Shown here: positions 9,675 through 18,961 of the stretch, piece after piece
Numbering within the stretch: the first letter of the stretch is position 1
Layout of the letters: every line of letters starts with the position of its first letter
Source of the DNA: Rhodospirillales bacterium
GTDB lineage: Bacteria > Pseudomonadota > Alphaproteobacteria > Rhodospirillales > UBA2165
NCBI GenBank assembly: GCA_028823885.1
Contig: JAPPFK010000051.1
Coordinates: 1-59,090, forward strand
Reading direction: 5' to 3'
DNA: 59,090 nucleotides
Made by a program: the position numbers and the translations under genes
The notes under the pieces: generated by a model
Told to the model about the DNA's origin: nothing
Seen by the model: only the letters and a program-made list of their open reading frames with translations
The model's database searches: none

Positions 9675-10511
9675 ATGCCGTTTATCGATACGCAAAACCA
9701 GGACGTGAAAGCGCTCACGGGCATTCACCTGTACCACTTCTGGCTCTCGAGCTGCTCTCAACGGGTCCGGATGGTGCTGGACGAGAAGGGACTGGCGTGG
9801 ACCGGTCACGAGATCGACCTGGAGAAGATGGAACACGCGACCGAGGAATTTCAGTCCATCAATCCCAAAGGTCTGGTTCCGGCAATGGTCGTCGACGGCC
9901 GGGTCATGATCGAGAGCATCGACATCATCGACTACCTGGACACCACGTACCCCGAACCGCCGCTGAGGCCCGCGACCAAGGACGACGAAGCGGAGATGCT
10001 GAAGTGGATGGCCGATGCCGACGATGCCCAACACTCCCTGAAGTTGTTGACCCACGAATTCCTGTTCAAGATGCACAAAATGCCGCCCGAAGCGCTGGCT
10101 CATCTCGTCGCGTCCCATCGCAACGACGAGCTGACGGAATTCATGAAGGTATGGGCATCCGACGCCGGCTTTCCAAAGGACGAAATCGACGAAGAACTGA
10201 AAATTCAGCACGACTATTTCGTGGCGCTCGACGGCGCCTTGAACGGCCGTCGATGGCTCCTGGGCGACCGGTTCTCGCTCGCCGATATCGCTTGGGTGCC
10301 CAATGTCCATCGGCTCGACCTGATGGATTATCCGCTGGATCGTCATCCCAATCTTTTCGGCTGGTACGCGCGCATCAAGGAACGCCCGAGCTATCACGCC
10401 GGGGTCCTAAGCTCGGAGATTCCGCCGGCCATGGAGGCATTTGCCGCCTACTGTGAGCAGCGCCGTGCCGAGGGAACGGACGTCACCCGATTCGGGCCCT
10501 TGGCGGCGTAA
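9675..10511 (+). CDS. Glutathione S-transferase family protein
   Basis: Thioredoxin-like N-domain (LYHFWLSSCSQRVRMVL...NPKGLVPAMVVDG..IESIDIIDYL) followed by a helical C-domain. Confidence 0.8.
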   Translation: MPFIDTQNQDVKALTGIHLYHFWLSSCSQRVRMVLDEKGLAWTGHEIDLEKMEHATEEFQSINPKGLVPAMVVDGRVMIESIDIIDYLDTTYPEPPLRPATKDDEAEMLKWMADADDAQHSLKLLTHEFLFKMHKMPPEALAHLVASHRNDELTEFMKVWASDAGFPKDEIDEELKIQHDYFVALDGALNGRRWLLGDRFSLADIAWVPNVHRLDLMDYPLDRHPNLFGWYARIKERPSYHAGVLSSEIPPAMEAFAAYCEQRRAEGTDVTRFGPLAA

Positions 10512-10515
10512 GGAC

Positions 10516-11343
10516 CTAGGTCTCTCCTTGGTCCCCGGAGGGCCGTCCCAATCTGGTCGCGATCGAGCCTACGCATTCCTGGACCGCGGTTTTCACGAGT
10601 TCGAGGTGATCCTCGTCGGCGCGGCCGCCCGGAATGGTACAGCCGACGGCGCCGAGAACCGTGCCCGAGTAATCCCGGATAGCCGTCCCGACACTAACGA
10701 CACCGGGCAGAAACTCCTCTTTTTCCATGGCGAAGCCGAACCGCCTGACATGACGAAGCCCCTCGATCAAATCGTGACGGTCGACGACGGTCCGGTCGGT
10801 GAATCTGGTCAGCCCCTTGTGATCGAGAATCCGCGTGATTTCCGGCTCGGGCAGCCAGGCGAGGATGGCCTTGCCGATGGCGCTGGCGTGCGCCGCATTC
10901 GCCAGGCTGATGGAGTCCGTCACCACCCGGACGATCTTGGGAGAGGCCAGTTCGGTCAGGATGACCAGGTCATTGCCCTGGATGACGGCAAGGTGGACGT
11001 TTTCCTCGGTTCTGTCGTTCAACTCCCGGAGAGCCGGCATCGCCAGATCCACCAGACTGAACTGGCGGGCCCGATTTGAAGAAAGCTCGATGACCTTCGA
11101 GCCAAGGGAATAGGACCGCCCCTTTTGCGCCTGCCCCGCATACCCCCGGGTCAGCAGCGTCAGCAATATGTGGTGGCAGGTCGAGACGTTCAGCCCGGTC
11201 ACCCGGGCGATTTCGTTCAGCGGCATCTCTCCTTCCGACATCGACAGCACTTCGAGAATGTCGAGCGCGCGCGTTACCGACTGAATTGTCCGACCGTCCT
11301 TGGGGTGGGCCCCGGCGTCCGCGGATTTGAGGTTCATCGCCAT
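10516..11343 (-). CDS. IclR-family transcriptional regulator
   Basis: N-terminal wHTH (IQSVTRALDILEVLS...MPLNEIARVTGLNVSTCHHIL) plus a C-terminal IclR effector domain. It is divergent from the GlcG-Tct operon. Confidence 0.88.
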   Translation of the reverse strand: MAMNLKSADAGAHPKDGRTIQSVTRALDILEVLSMSEGEMPLNEIARVTGLNVSTCHHILLTLLTRGYAGQAQKGRSYSLGSKVIELSSNRARQFSLVDLAMPALRELNDRTEENVHLAVIQGNDLVILTELASPKIVRVVTDSISLANAAHASAIGKAILAWLPEPEITRILDHKGLTRFTDRTVVDRHDLIEGLRHVRRFGFAMEKEEFLPGVVSVGTAIRDYSGTVLGAVGCTIPGGRADEDHLELVKTAVQECVGSIATRLGRPSGDQGET

Positions 11344-11371
11344 CCAATCGATTGAAAATCACTGGGTTATG

Positions 11372-11388
11372 ATTTCATAATATGAAAT
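11372..11388. promoter_or_regulatory. 17-bp palindrome ATTTCATAATATGAAAT, a candidate IclR operator
   Basis: Perfect 8-1-8 inverted repeat in the AT-rich divergent intergenic region between the IclR gene and the GlcG/Tct operon. Confidence 0.45.
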
Positions 11389-11505
11389 ATAATTCAACAT
11401 TGCTAAATTTCTTTGACTTACGCGGCAGATGTGTGTTTCCATGCCGCCCAGGGCCGAAGCTCAACAATGGCGTTCAAGAATCAAGAATTCCACAGGGAGA
11501 GTCCC

Positions 11506-11958
11506 ATGACTGACGCCGCCGCGGTTGCGACCACCCGGCGTCTGACCAACGCAGGCGCAAAGGAAATGATGGCGGCCGCCATCGCGAAATCCGAAGAGAT
11601 CGGAATTGCCGCGACCGTCGCCATCGTCGATGCCGGCGGTCACATGATTCTACTTGAAAGGATGGACGGGGGGCGGTTCCATACCGTTCATTCCTCCACC
11701 ACGAAGGCGGTAACATCTGCATCGAACAAACGCCCGACGACGACGCGGGGCGCGCAGGGTCAGGATCTCGATACGCTGCATGCCATTGGCCTGTCGCTCG
11801 CCGCCGGCGCAAATCGCTGGACCGCCATGGAGGGCGGCTTTCCCATTTTCTTCGACGGTGAATGCCTGGGGGGAATTGGCGTAAGCGGCGGTGACTGGGA
11901 ACAGGATCAAGACATCGCCAAGGCGGCGGTCGACGCCGTCGGCGCATCCATCGAGTAG
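11506..11958 (+). CDS. GlcG/HbpS-like (DUF336) haem-binding family protein
   Basis: ATG at 11506 after GGGAGAG. VAIVDAGGHMILLERMDGG...GGFPIFFDGECLGGIGVSGG is typical of the GlcG family. Confidence 0.8.
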   Translation: MTDAAAVATTRRLTNAGAKEMMAAAIAKSEEIGIAATVAIVDAGGHMILLERMDGGRFHTVHSSTTKAVTSASNKRPTTTRGAQGQDLDTLHAIGLSLAAGANRWTAMEGGFPIFFDGECLGGIGVSGGDWEQDQDIAKAAVDAVGASIE

Positions 11959-12021
11959 GTTTGGAACGATAAAGTCGAGTGCAATTCAAGACAGCAAGCT
12001 TCATTTAGCAGGGAGACTTAA

Positions 12022-12993
12022 ATGAAAAAGTTCACTTCAGTTGCTCTGGGATCGGCCGCGGCGATTGCGCTGATCGCGGGGGCCGGGCAGGCAAAAGCCG
12101 AATGGCCCGAAAAGCCGATCGAGTTCGTTATTCCGTTCGGCGCCGGGGGCGGCGCCGACATCGAAGGCCGGATGATCGCCAAGGCGATGAGCGCCGAGCT
12201 TGGCCAACCGGTCGTGCCGGTGAATAAGCCCGGCGGCGGCGGCGCCATTACCTATACCTATGTGAAGAACTCGAAGCCCGACGGCTACACCGTCGCGTGG
12301 AATTCCACGTCGATCCTGACCACCACGAACATCGGCAACGTCGACTTCGACTACAAGGCGTTCGACCACATCGGCCAGGTCGCGCAGCAGCCTGTCCCGC
12401 TGGTGGTCAAGGCCGGCCGCTGGAAGTCCTTCAAGGACTTCGTCGCCGAGTGCAAGGCCAAGCCGAAGACCCTGAAGCTGGCCTTCGCCGGTTTCGGCAG
12501 CGCGACCCACCTTGCCGGTGTCGCCATGTCGGCGCTCTCGGGCTGCCAACCGGTCATGCTGCCCGTGAAGGCGCCCGACCGGCGAAAGATGATCCTGAGC
12601 GGCGAGGCCGACGCGGCGGTCGACATTTTCTTCGTTCCGCTGCGTCTGGTTAAGGCCGGCAAGGCCCAGTTCCTGATGCTCTCCAGCGGCAGCCGCAACC
12701 CGGCGGCCCCGGACGTTCCGACCGCCAAGGAGCTCGGAATGGACATGGAATTCGACCTCTTCCGCGGCCTTTCGGTCGCCAAGGGCACGCCTCAGCCGAT
12801 CAAGGACAAGCTGGAAGCGGCGATGATCAAGGCCGCGAACTCGCCTGACTTCGCGGGCCGCATGAAAAAGCTGAACCTGACGTTGAAGCCGATGGGGCAA
12901 AAAGCGTTCGCGGCCAAGCTCGAGCGCTCCAATGCGAACATCGTCGACATCATGAAAAAGGCCGGGATGTACAAATCCAAGATGAAGAAATAG
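12022..12993 (+). CDS. tctC: Tripartite tricarboxylate transporter (TTT) substrate-binding protein, Bug/TctC family
   Basis: Signal peptide followed by WPEKPIEFVIPFGAGGGADIEGR, the canonical Bug-family N-terminus. Confidence 0.88.
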   Translation: MKKFTSVALGSAAAIALIAGAGQAKAEWPEKPIEFVIPFGAGGGADIEGRMIAKAMSAELGQPVVPVNKPGGGGAITYTYVKNSKPDGYTVAWNSTSILTTTNIGNVDFDYKAFDHIGQVAQQPVPLVVKAGRWKSFKDFVAECKAKPKTLKLAFAGFGSATHLAGVAMSALSGCQPVMLPVKAPDRRKMILSGEADAAVDIFFVPLRLVKAGKAQFLMLSSGSRNPAAPDVPTAKELGMDMEFDLFRGLSVAKGTPQPIKDKLEAAMIKAANSPDFAGRMKKLNLTLKPMGQKAFAAKLERSNANIVDIMKKAGMYKSKMKK

Positions 12994-13013
12994 TGCACCC
13001 GTAACGGAGGACA

Positions 13014-13057
13014 CGGGGCGGTTTTGCTGTTTGCCTAGCGGACCGCCCCGACTTTTT
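13014..13057 (+). terminator. Intrinsic terminator/attenuator-like hairpin between tctC and tctB
   Basis: A 9-bp stem (CGGGGCGGT at 13014-13022 pairing with ACCGCCCCG at 13042-13050), a 19-nt loop, then ACTTTTT. Confidence 0.5.
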
Positions 13058-13073
13058 GAGGGCAAATTTCAAT

Positions 13074-13538
13074 ATGCGCAGGCGCAATCTTATTGCCGCC
13101 ATATTTTTGCTGGCCATCGGCATCGGCTATACGGTCCTCACGGCGCACCTGCCGACGCGCGATATCGGCAGCACCACCCAACCATCGTTCTTCCCGTGGG
13201 TCATTGCGGTGCTGTTCCTGGTTCTCTCGGCTGCGCTGCTGATCCAGGGCCTGCGTCCGGCAACAGGCGACGCGGTGCCCAAGGCGCCGGATGTGGCGCC
13301 GAACAAATATCTGTGGGGCGGCGTTGCGTTCGTGGTCTATCTCGCCGCATTGCCCACGCTCGGCTTCCTCGCGGCGAATGTCCCGTTCTTCTTGGCCCTG
13401 ATGTACCTGTACGGCGAGCGCCGCCCGCTTTGGCTGTTGGGCGGCTCCATCGGAATTTCACTCGCCCTGTTCTTCCTGTTTCGTAAAGTTTTTCAGATCC
13501 TGCTGCCGAGCGGCATTCTTTCGGGGGTGATTTCATGA
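13074..13538 (+). CDS. tctB: TTT small membrane subunit (TctB family)
   Basis: Start MRRRNLIAAIFLLAIGIGY, about 4 TM segments, and an ATGA overlap with the tctA start. Confidence 0.8.
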   Translation: MRRRNLIAAIFLLAIGIGYTVLTAHLPTRDIGSTTQPSFFPWVIAVLFLVLSAALLIQGLRPATGDAVPKAPDVAPNKYLWGGVAFVVYLAALPTLGFLAANVPFFLALMYLYGERRPLWLLGGSIGISLALFFLFRKVFQILLPSGILSGVIS

Positions 13539-15043
13539 ACCCGGACATCCTCGACGGATTTGCCCAGGCAAGCATGATGTCGAGCCTGATCGCCACCGGC
13601 ATCGGCTCGCTGCTCGGCTTGGTCGTCGGGATGATTCCGGGCATGACCATCTCCACCGGCATCATCATCGTCCTGCCGTTGACGTTCGTCCTGGAGCCGA
13701 CCATCTCCATCGCCCTGCTCCTCGGCCTCTACGTCTCGGGCATGACCGGCGGCAGTTTCTCGGCGATCCTGCTCAACATTCCGGGCACGCCATCGGCCTC
13801 GGCCACCGGCCTCGACGGCCATCCCCTCGCCCAGCGGGGAGAGGCCGGGCGGGCGCTGGGCCTGGCCATCACGGCGAGCTTCATCGGCGGCATGTTCTCG
13901 TTCGCCGGATTGTTTTTGATCGCACCCCTGCTGGCGGAGATTGCGCTCCGGTTCCAGTCGCCGGATTTGTTCAGTCTGGTATTTTTCGGCCTGACGATCA
14001 TTTGCAGCTTTGCCGCCAAGTCGGTGATCAAGGGCCTGCTCTCCGCCGTCATCGGGTTGATGATCGTCACCATCGGCCAGGACCCGATGATGGGTTCGCA
14101 GCGGTTTACCTTCGGCCAGGTAAACCTGATCGCCGGCATCCACTTTCTGACGGCGCTCATCGGCCTGTTCGCCATTCCCCAGCTGGTCGACAATTTCGTC
14201 GAATTGATCGGCGACAAGGAGACCCGGCACAAGGCCACGCGCATCGAGCGGGTGCTGCCCCGCTGGGCGGATCTGAAACGGATTCGGCTGCCCGTCTGCA
14301 TCGGCGCGCCGGTCGGCGCATTTCTTGGAATTCTGCCCGGCGCCGGCGGTCCCATCGCCGCGTTCATCAGCTATGACTACACCAAGCGGGTTTCCAAGAA
14401 CCGCGACGAATTCGGCAAGGGCGCGCCCGAGGGAATCGCCGCGCCGGAAAGCGCCAACAACGCGGTCACCGGCGGCGCGCTCGTGCCGATGATGACGTTG
14501 GGAATCCCGGGCGATCCGGTCACCGCGATCCTCATCGGCGCGCTGCTGATTCACGGCCTGGCGCCGGGACCGCTGCTGTTCGTCGAAAACGGGGGCTTCG
14601 CCTTCGGCGTGATCTTCTCCTTCATGTATGCCAACTTCTTCAACATCGTCATCGGGTTCCTCGGCCTGCGGCTGCTGGTCAAGGTCCTGGCGACGCCAAA
14701 CGCGCTGTTGATGCCAACGATCGCGCTTTTATGCGTCATCGGCTCCTACGCGCTGCGCAACAATTTCTTCGATGTCTATGTGATGTTCGGGTTTGGGCTG
14801 CTGGGTCTCGCCATGCGGTGGCTCGACATGCCGGTGGTGCCGCTGCTCCTGGCTCTGGTTCTCGGCCGGCCGCTCGAGGAGCATCTTCGCGTATCGCTCG
14901 CGAGCTCTCAGGGCGATCCCACGATCTTCTTCACCTCGCCGTTCAGCGTCGTCTTCCTGGGCATGGCGGCGCTTTCGATTTTCTGGTCCTTCTACGCCGA
15001 GCACCGGTCCCGGCGCGAATCCAACGGAGCAACACGACAATGA
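13535..15043 (+). CDS. tctA: TTT large permease subunit (TctA family)
   Basis: A 502-aa polytopic membrane protein with GxIPGxxxS/T motifs (GMIPGMTIST, GILPGAGGPIAAF). Confidence 0.88.
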   Translation: MNPDILDGFAQASMMSSLIATGIGSLLGLVVGMIPGMTISTGIIIVLPLTFVLEPTISIALLLGLYVSGMTGGSFSAILLNIPGTPSASATGLDGHPLAQRGEAGRALGLAITASFIGGMFSFAGLFLIAPLLAEIALRFQSPDLFSLVFFGLTIICSFAAKSVIKGLLSAVIGLMIVTIGQDPMMGSQRFTFGQVNLIAGIHFLTALIGLFAIPQLVDNFVELIGDKETRHKATRIERVLPRWADLKRIRLPVCIGAPVGAFLGILPGAGGPIAAFISYDYTKRVSKNRDEFGKGAPEGIAAPESANNAVTGGALVPMMTLGIPGDPVTAILIGALLIHGLAPGPLLFVENGGFAFGVIFSFMYANFFNIVIGFLGLRLLVKVLATPNALLMPTIALLCVIGSYALRNNFFDVYVMFGFGLLGLAMRWLDMPVVPLLLALVLGRPLEEHLRVSLASSQGDPTIFFTSPFSVVFLGMAALSIFWSFYAEHRSRRESNGATRQ

Positions 15044-16047
15044 CTGAAGCAATCCGACTGGCGTCTCTGGGCATCGGCTGGTGGTCCAACGTCCTTGCCG
15101 ACGGGGTGACACGGGCACCGGGGGTGGAAATCGCCGGCTGCTTCACCCGCTCGGAGGAAAAGCGCCGGGCTTTTGCCGAGGCGTACGGCTGCAAGGCCTA
15201 TGACAGCTACGAGGACATCCTCGGCGATCCGGATATCCACGGAATCATCAACACGACGCCCAACGACATCCACCTGGAAACCACGCGCCAGGCGGCGGAA
15301 GCCGGCAAGCATGTGTTTCTCGACAAGCCCATCGCCAATTCCACCGGCGAGGGCGCCGAGATCACCAGGATCTGCCGGGACGCCGGCGTCAAATTGTCCA
15401 TTGGCTTTCAGCGCCGGCGCGAAAGCCAATTCCGGTGGGTCCATGAGAAGGTCAAGAACGGTGACTTCGGCATTCTGGTTCAGGCCGAGGCCAATATCAG
15501 CCGCGACCGCCTGGGCGCCTTCGATGAGGGGCATTGGCGCTATACCGCCGAGGGCATGCCGGGGGGCGTGATGCTGCAAATCGGCCCCCACTATGTGGAT
15601 GTCCTCGAAATGATCATCGGACCCGTCGTCGAGGTTTCGGGCATGCTGTCCCAGCTCGTGCTCCCGGGCGACAACCCCGATGTGGCCGGTCTGGTGCTCA
15701 AACACGAGAACGGCGCCGTTTCGACCCTCAATGCCGGCTACGCGTCGGCGGGAGAGAACTACGTCATGAACATCTACGGCAAGAAGGCCTCGGCGCTCTA
15801 CACCCTGCACACCGGCATGTATTTCCTGGAACAGGGCGACGAGAAGCCCGAACATGTGCCGTTCGAAAAGAACGACACCATAGCCGAGCAGATGCAGGAA
15901 TTCGGCGACTGCATCCGGGACGATACCGAGCCCGAGGTCGGCGGCGAATGGGCGACCCGCTCGCTGGCGGTTATCCGGGCCGGCGTCAAGTCGGCCAGGG
16001 AAGGCCGGATGGTGACCATCGGCGAGATTCTGAACAGCGGCGAGTAG
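15040..16047 (+). CDS. Gfo/Idh/MocA-family NAD(P)-dependent oxidoreductase
   Basis: Its ATG overlaps the tctA stop (ATGA). The Rossmann N-terminus is IRLASLGIGWWSN, with the EKP-like motif HVFLDKP. Confidence 0.85.
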   Translation: MTEAIRLASLGIGWWSNVLADGVTRAPGVEIAGCFTRSEEKRRAFAEAYGCKAYDSYEDILGDPDIHGIINTTPNDIHLETTRQAAEAGKHVFLDKPIANSTGEGAEITRICRDAGVKLSIGFQRRRESQFRWVHEKVKNGDFGILVQAEANISRDRLGAFDEGHWRYTAEGMPGGVMLQIGPHYVDVLEMIIGPVVEVSGMLSQLVLPGDNPDVAGLVLKHENGAVSTLNAGYASAGENYVMNIYGKKASALYTLHTGMYFLEQGDEKPEHVPFEKNDTIAEQMQEFGDCIRDDTEPEVGGEWATRSLAVIRAGVKSAREGRMVTIGEILNSGE

Positions 16048-16120
16048 CCGGACACATAACGTGCCGGGCTTGCCCAACGACTTCCCTTTGGCCACAGTAG
16101 CGGCCACAGGGAGGTCATGA

Positions 16121-16951
16121 ATGGACGACACCGCGCCGGAGCCTTCGGCCCAATCCAACATGTTTGCCGACAAGGCGCTCGCCGGGCAGCATGCCATCGT
16201 TACCGGCGGCTCCAAGGGCATCGGTGCGGCGTGTGCGGCGTTTCTCGCCCGGATGGGAGCGAACGTCTCGCTGATCGCCCGCAGCCAATCGGATCTCGAC
16301 GCCAGGGCCCGGGAAATCTCGGCCGAACACGGCGTTCAGGTGGCATCCGCCGCCGCCGACGTCTCCAAGGCCGGCGACGTGGCGGCGTCCTTCGAATCCG
16401 TGCAGGGCGAACTGGGCCCGGCTCAAATCCTGGTCAACAATGCCGGCGTCGGGAAAAGCGCGCCCATGCACCGGATGAGCCTGGAATTCTGGGAGATGAC
16501 CATCGGGCTCAACCTGACCGGCACGTTCCTTTGCACGGGGCAGGTCTATCCGGCCATGCGCGAGGCCGGCTATGGCCGGATCATCAATATTTCCTCCACC
16601 GTGGGGTTGCGCGGCTACCCCTATATCGCCGCCTATTCGGCCTCCAAGCACGGGGTCGTGGGCTTCACCCGCTCCCTGGCGCTGGAATGCGCCACCAAAG
16701 GCGTCACCGTCAACGCCGTCTGCCCGGGCTATACGGACACCGACCTGGTGGCCGAGGCGGTCGACAATATCGTCGAGAAAACCGGCCAGCCGGCGGACGA
16801 AGTCCGCGCCCACCTGGCCGGAACCAGCCCCATCGGCCGCCTGATCACACCCGACGAAGTCGCCGAGACGGTTGCCTGGCTCGCCCTGCCCTCGTCCGCC
16901 GCGATCACCGGCCAAAGCATCGTCGTCTCCGGCGGTTCGGTGACCAACTAG
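16121..16951 (+). CDS. SDR-family oxidoreductase (3-hydroxyacyl-CoA/3-oxoacyl reductase-like)
   Basis: Contains TGGSKGIG, NNAG and the YxxxK motif (YSASKHG). GGGAGG lies 7 nt upstream. Confidence 0.85.
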   Translation: MDDTAPEPSAQSNMFADKALAGQHAIVTGGSKGIGAACAAFLARMGANVSLIARSQSDLDARAREISAEHGVQVASAAADVSKAGDVAASFESVQGELGPAQILVNNAGVGKSAPMHRMSLEFWEMTIGLNLTGTFLCTGQVYPAMREAGYGRIINISSTVGLRGYPYIAAYSASKHGVVGFTRSLALECATKGVTVNAVCPGYTDTDLVAEAVDNIVEKTGQPADEVRAHLAGTSPIGRLITPDEVAETVAWLALPSSAAITGQSIVVSGGSVTN

Positions 16952-16960
16952 AGAAACGCC

Positions 16961-17770
16961 ATGAACGCATCCGACATCAAAGCCGAACACTTCGACTGGT
17001 CCGTCGATGGCAAGGTGGCGACCATCACGCTGAACCGCCCGGAACGGAAAAATCCTCTCACCTTCGAGAGCTATGCGGAACTGCGCGACACCTTCCGGGC
17101 ATTGAACGATGCCGACGACGTCAAGATGGTGGTGATCACCGGCGCCGGCGGGAACTTCTGTTCCGGCGGCGACGTCCACGACATCATCGGCCCGCTGGTC
17201 GAAATGAATGGCGACGAGCTGAGGACGTTCACCACCATGACCGGCGACGTCGTGAAGGCGATGCGGGCCTGTCCGCAGCCGATCCTGGCCGCCGTCGACG
17301 GGGTGTGCGCCGGCGCGGGCGCCATACTCGCCATGGCGAGCGATCTCCGTTACGGCACGGCCGGCGCCAAAGTGGCGTTCCTCTTCGTCCGGGTCGGGCT
17401 GTCGGGCGCCGATATGGGCGCATGCGCCATCCTGCCGAGGATCATCGGCCAGGGCCGCGCGGCCGAGCTGCTCTATACGGGCCGATCCATGTCCGGCGAG
17501 GAAGCCCTCGACTGGGGTTTCTTCAATGCGCTCCACCCGTCCGGCGAGCTATTGGAAAAAACGCTGGAGAGCGCGCACAAGCTTGCGGCCGGCCCGACCT
17601 TCGCCCACGCCGTCACCAAGAAGATGATGAACGACGAGTGGAAAATGAGCGTCGAGCAGGCGATTTCCGCGGAGGCGGAGGCCCAGGCGGTTTGCATGGA
17701 GACCGAGGATTTCAAGCGGGCTTACCGGGCCTTTGTCGCCAAGGAAAAGCCGGTCTTCGAGGGCGACTAG
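16961..17770 (+). CDS. Enoyl-CoA hydratase/isomerase (crotonase) family protein
   Basis: [15 protein letters not shown]...[16 protein letters not shown] is a crotonase signature. Confidence 0.88.
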   Translation: MNASDIKAEHFDWSVDGKVATITLNRPERKNPLTFESYAELRDTFRALNDADDVKMVVITGAGGNFCSGGDVHDIIGPLVEMNGDELRTFTTMTGDVVKAMRACPQPILAAVDGVCAGAGAILAMASDLRYGTAGAKVAFLFVRVGLSGADMGACAILPRIIGQGRAAELLYTGRSMSGEEALDWGFFNALHPSGELLEKTLESAHKLAAGPTFAHAVTKKMMNDEWKMSVEQAISAEAEAQAVCMETEDFKRAYRAFVAKEKPVFEGD

Positions 17771-17773
17771 GCG

Positions 17774-18961
17774 ATGCCCGATACCACCTTTCTCAACTGG
17801 CCGTTCTTCGACGATGCGCATCGGGAGTATGCCCGGGGCATCCGTGAGTGGGCGGCCGCAACCATTCCCGGCATTACCGAAGACGAACCCGGCGACAACG
17901 AACAGCTGGACGCCCAGATGCGCGAGCTGGTCACGGCCATCGGCGCGGCCGGCTGGTTCAAGGCGTGCGTGCCCGCGGCCTATGGCGGCTCCTTCGAAAG
18001 CTTCGACGTGCGCAGCCTGTGCATTGCCCGTGAAACCCTGGGCTACTATTCGGGTCTCGCCGATTTCGCCGTGGCCATGCAGGGGCTCGGCACCGGCTCC
18101 ATATCGCTGTTCGGCTCGGATGAACTGAAGAGCCGTTACCTGCCGCCCGTGGCGGCCGGCGAGAAGATCGGCGCCTTCGCGATCTCGGAAAAAGGCGCCG
18201 GGTCCGACGTCGCCAACATGACCACGGCGGCCGAAGCCGACGGCAACGGCTGGGTGATCAACGGCGAGAAGACCTGGATCTCCAATGCGGGGATCGCCGA
18301 TCACTACGTGATCTTCGCCCGCACCGGCGAGGCGGAAGGCGCGCGGGGAATTTCGGCGTTCGTGGTCGATGCGGACAATTCAGGCCTGTCGGTTTCGGAG
18401 CGCATCGACGTTATCGCGCCCCATCCCTTGGGCACCCTTGAATTCAACAACTGCCGGGTCGAAGGCTCGCATCGGCTGGGCGAGGGCGGCGACGGGTTCA
18501 AGATCGCCATGGCGACGCTGGATGTCTTCCGCTCCACCGTCGGCGCGGCGGCTCTCGGATTCGCGCGGCGCGCCATGGACGAGGCCGTCGGCCGCGCGGA
18601 ATCCCGGCAGGCGTTCGGCTCCGCCATCGCCGAGTTCCAGCTCATCCAGGAAAAAATCGCCGACATGGCCGTGGCCATCGACGCCATGGCCCTGCTGGTT
18701 TACCGCTCGGCCTGGACCAAGGACACCCGGGAGGCCCGCGTCACGCGGGAATCGGCCATGGCCAAGCTGCACGCCACCGAGAGCGCCCAACAGGTGATCG
18801 ATCAGGCGGTGCAGATTTTCGGCGGCGAAGGCGTGGTGTCGGGGCGTCCCGTGGAAAAACTCTATCGGGAAATCCGCGCGCTGCGCATTTACGAAGGAAC
18901 TTCGGAAATTCAAAAGCTGGTCATCGCCGGTCAGGTCCGGGCGGCGTTCGGAGACGATTGA
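17774..18961 (+). CDS. Acyl-CoA dehydrogenase family protein
   Basis: Contains [29 protein letters not shown] and IYEGTSEIQ. Confidence 0.9.
   Translation: MPDTTFLNWPFFDDAHREYARGIREWAAATIPGITEDEPGDNEQLDAQMRELVTAIGAAGWFKACVPAAYGGSFESFDVRSLCIARETLGYYSGLADFAVAMQGLGTGSISLFGSDELKSRYLPPVAAGEKIGAFAISEKGAGSDVANMTTAAEADGNGWVINGEKTWISNAGIADHYVIFARTGEAEGARGISAFVVDADNSGLSVSERIDVIAPHPLGTLEFNNCRVEGSHRLGEGGDGFKIAMATLDVFRSTVGAAALGFARRAMDEAVGRAESRQAFGSAIAEFQLIQEKIADMAVAIDAMALLVYRSAWTKDTREARVTRESAMAKLHATESAQQVIDQAVQIFGGEGVVSGRPVEKLYREIRALRIYEGTSEIQKLVIAGQVRAAFGDD

Noticed and set aside
13056-13073. The TTG start at 13056 for tctB (as listed in the ORF track).
   Set aside because: It lies inside the T-tract of the upstream hairpin. 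The ATG at 13074 gives the typical MRRRNL... positively charged N-terminus before the first TM segment.
15040-16047. Naming the Gfo/Idh/MocA oxidoreductase as LigC (CHMS dehydrogenase).
   Set aside because: Only family-level similarity can be seen. The gene is coupled to the TTT transporter and beta-oxidation-like genes, not to the Lig-like genes.
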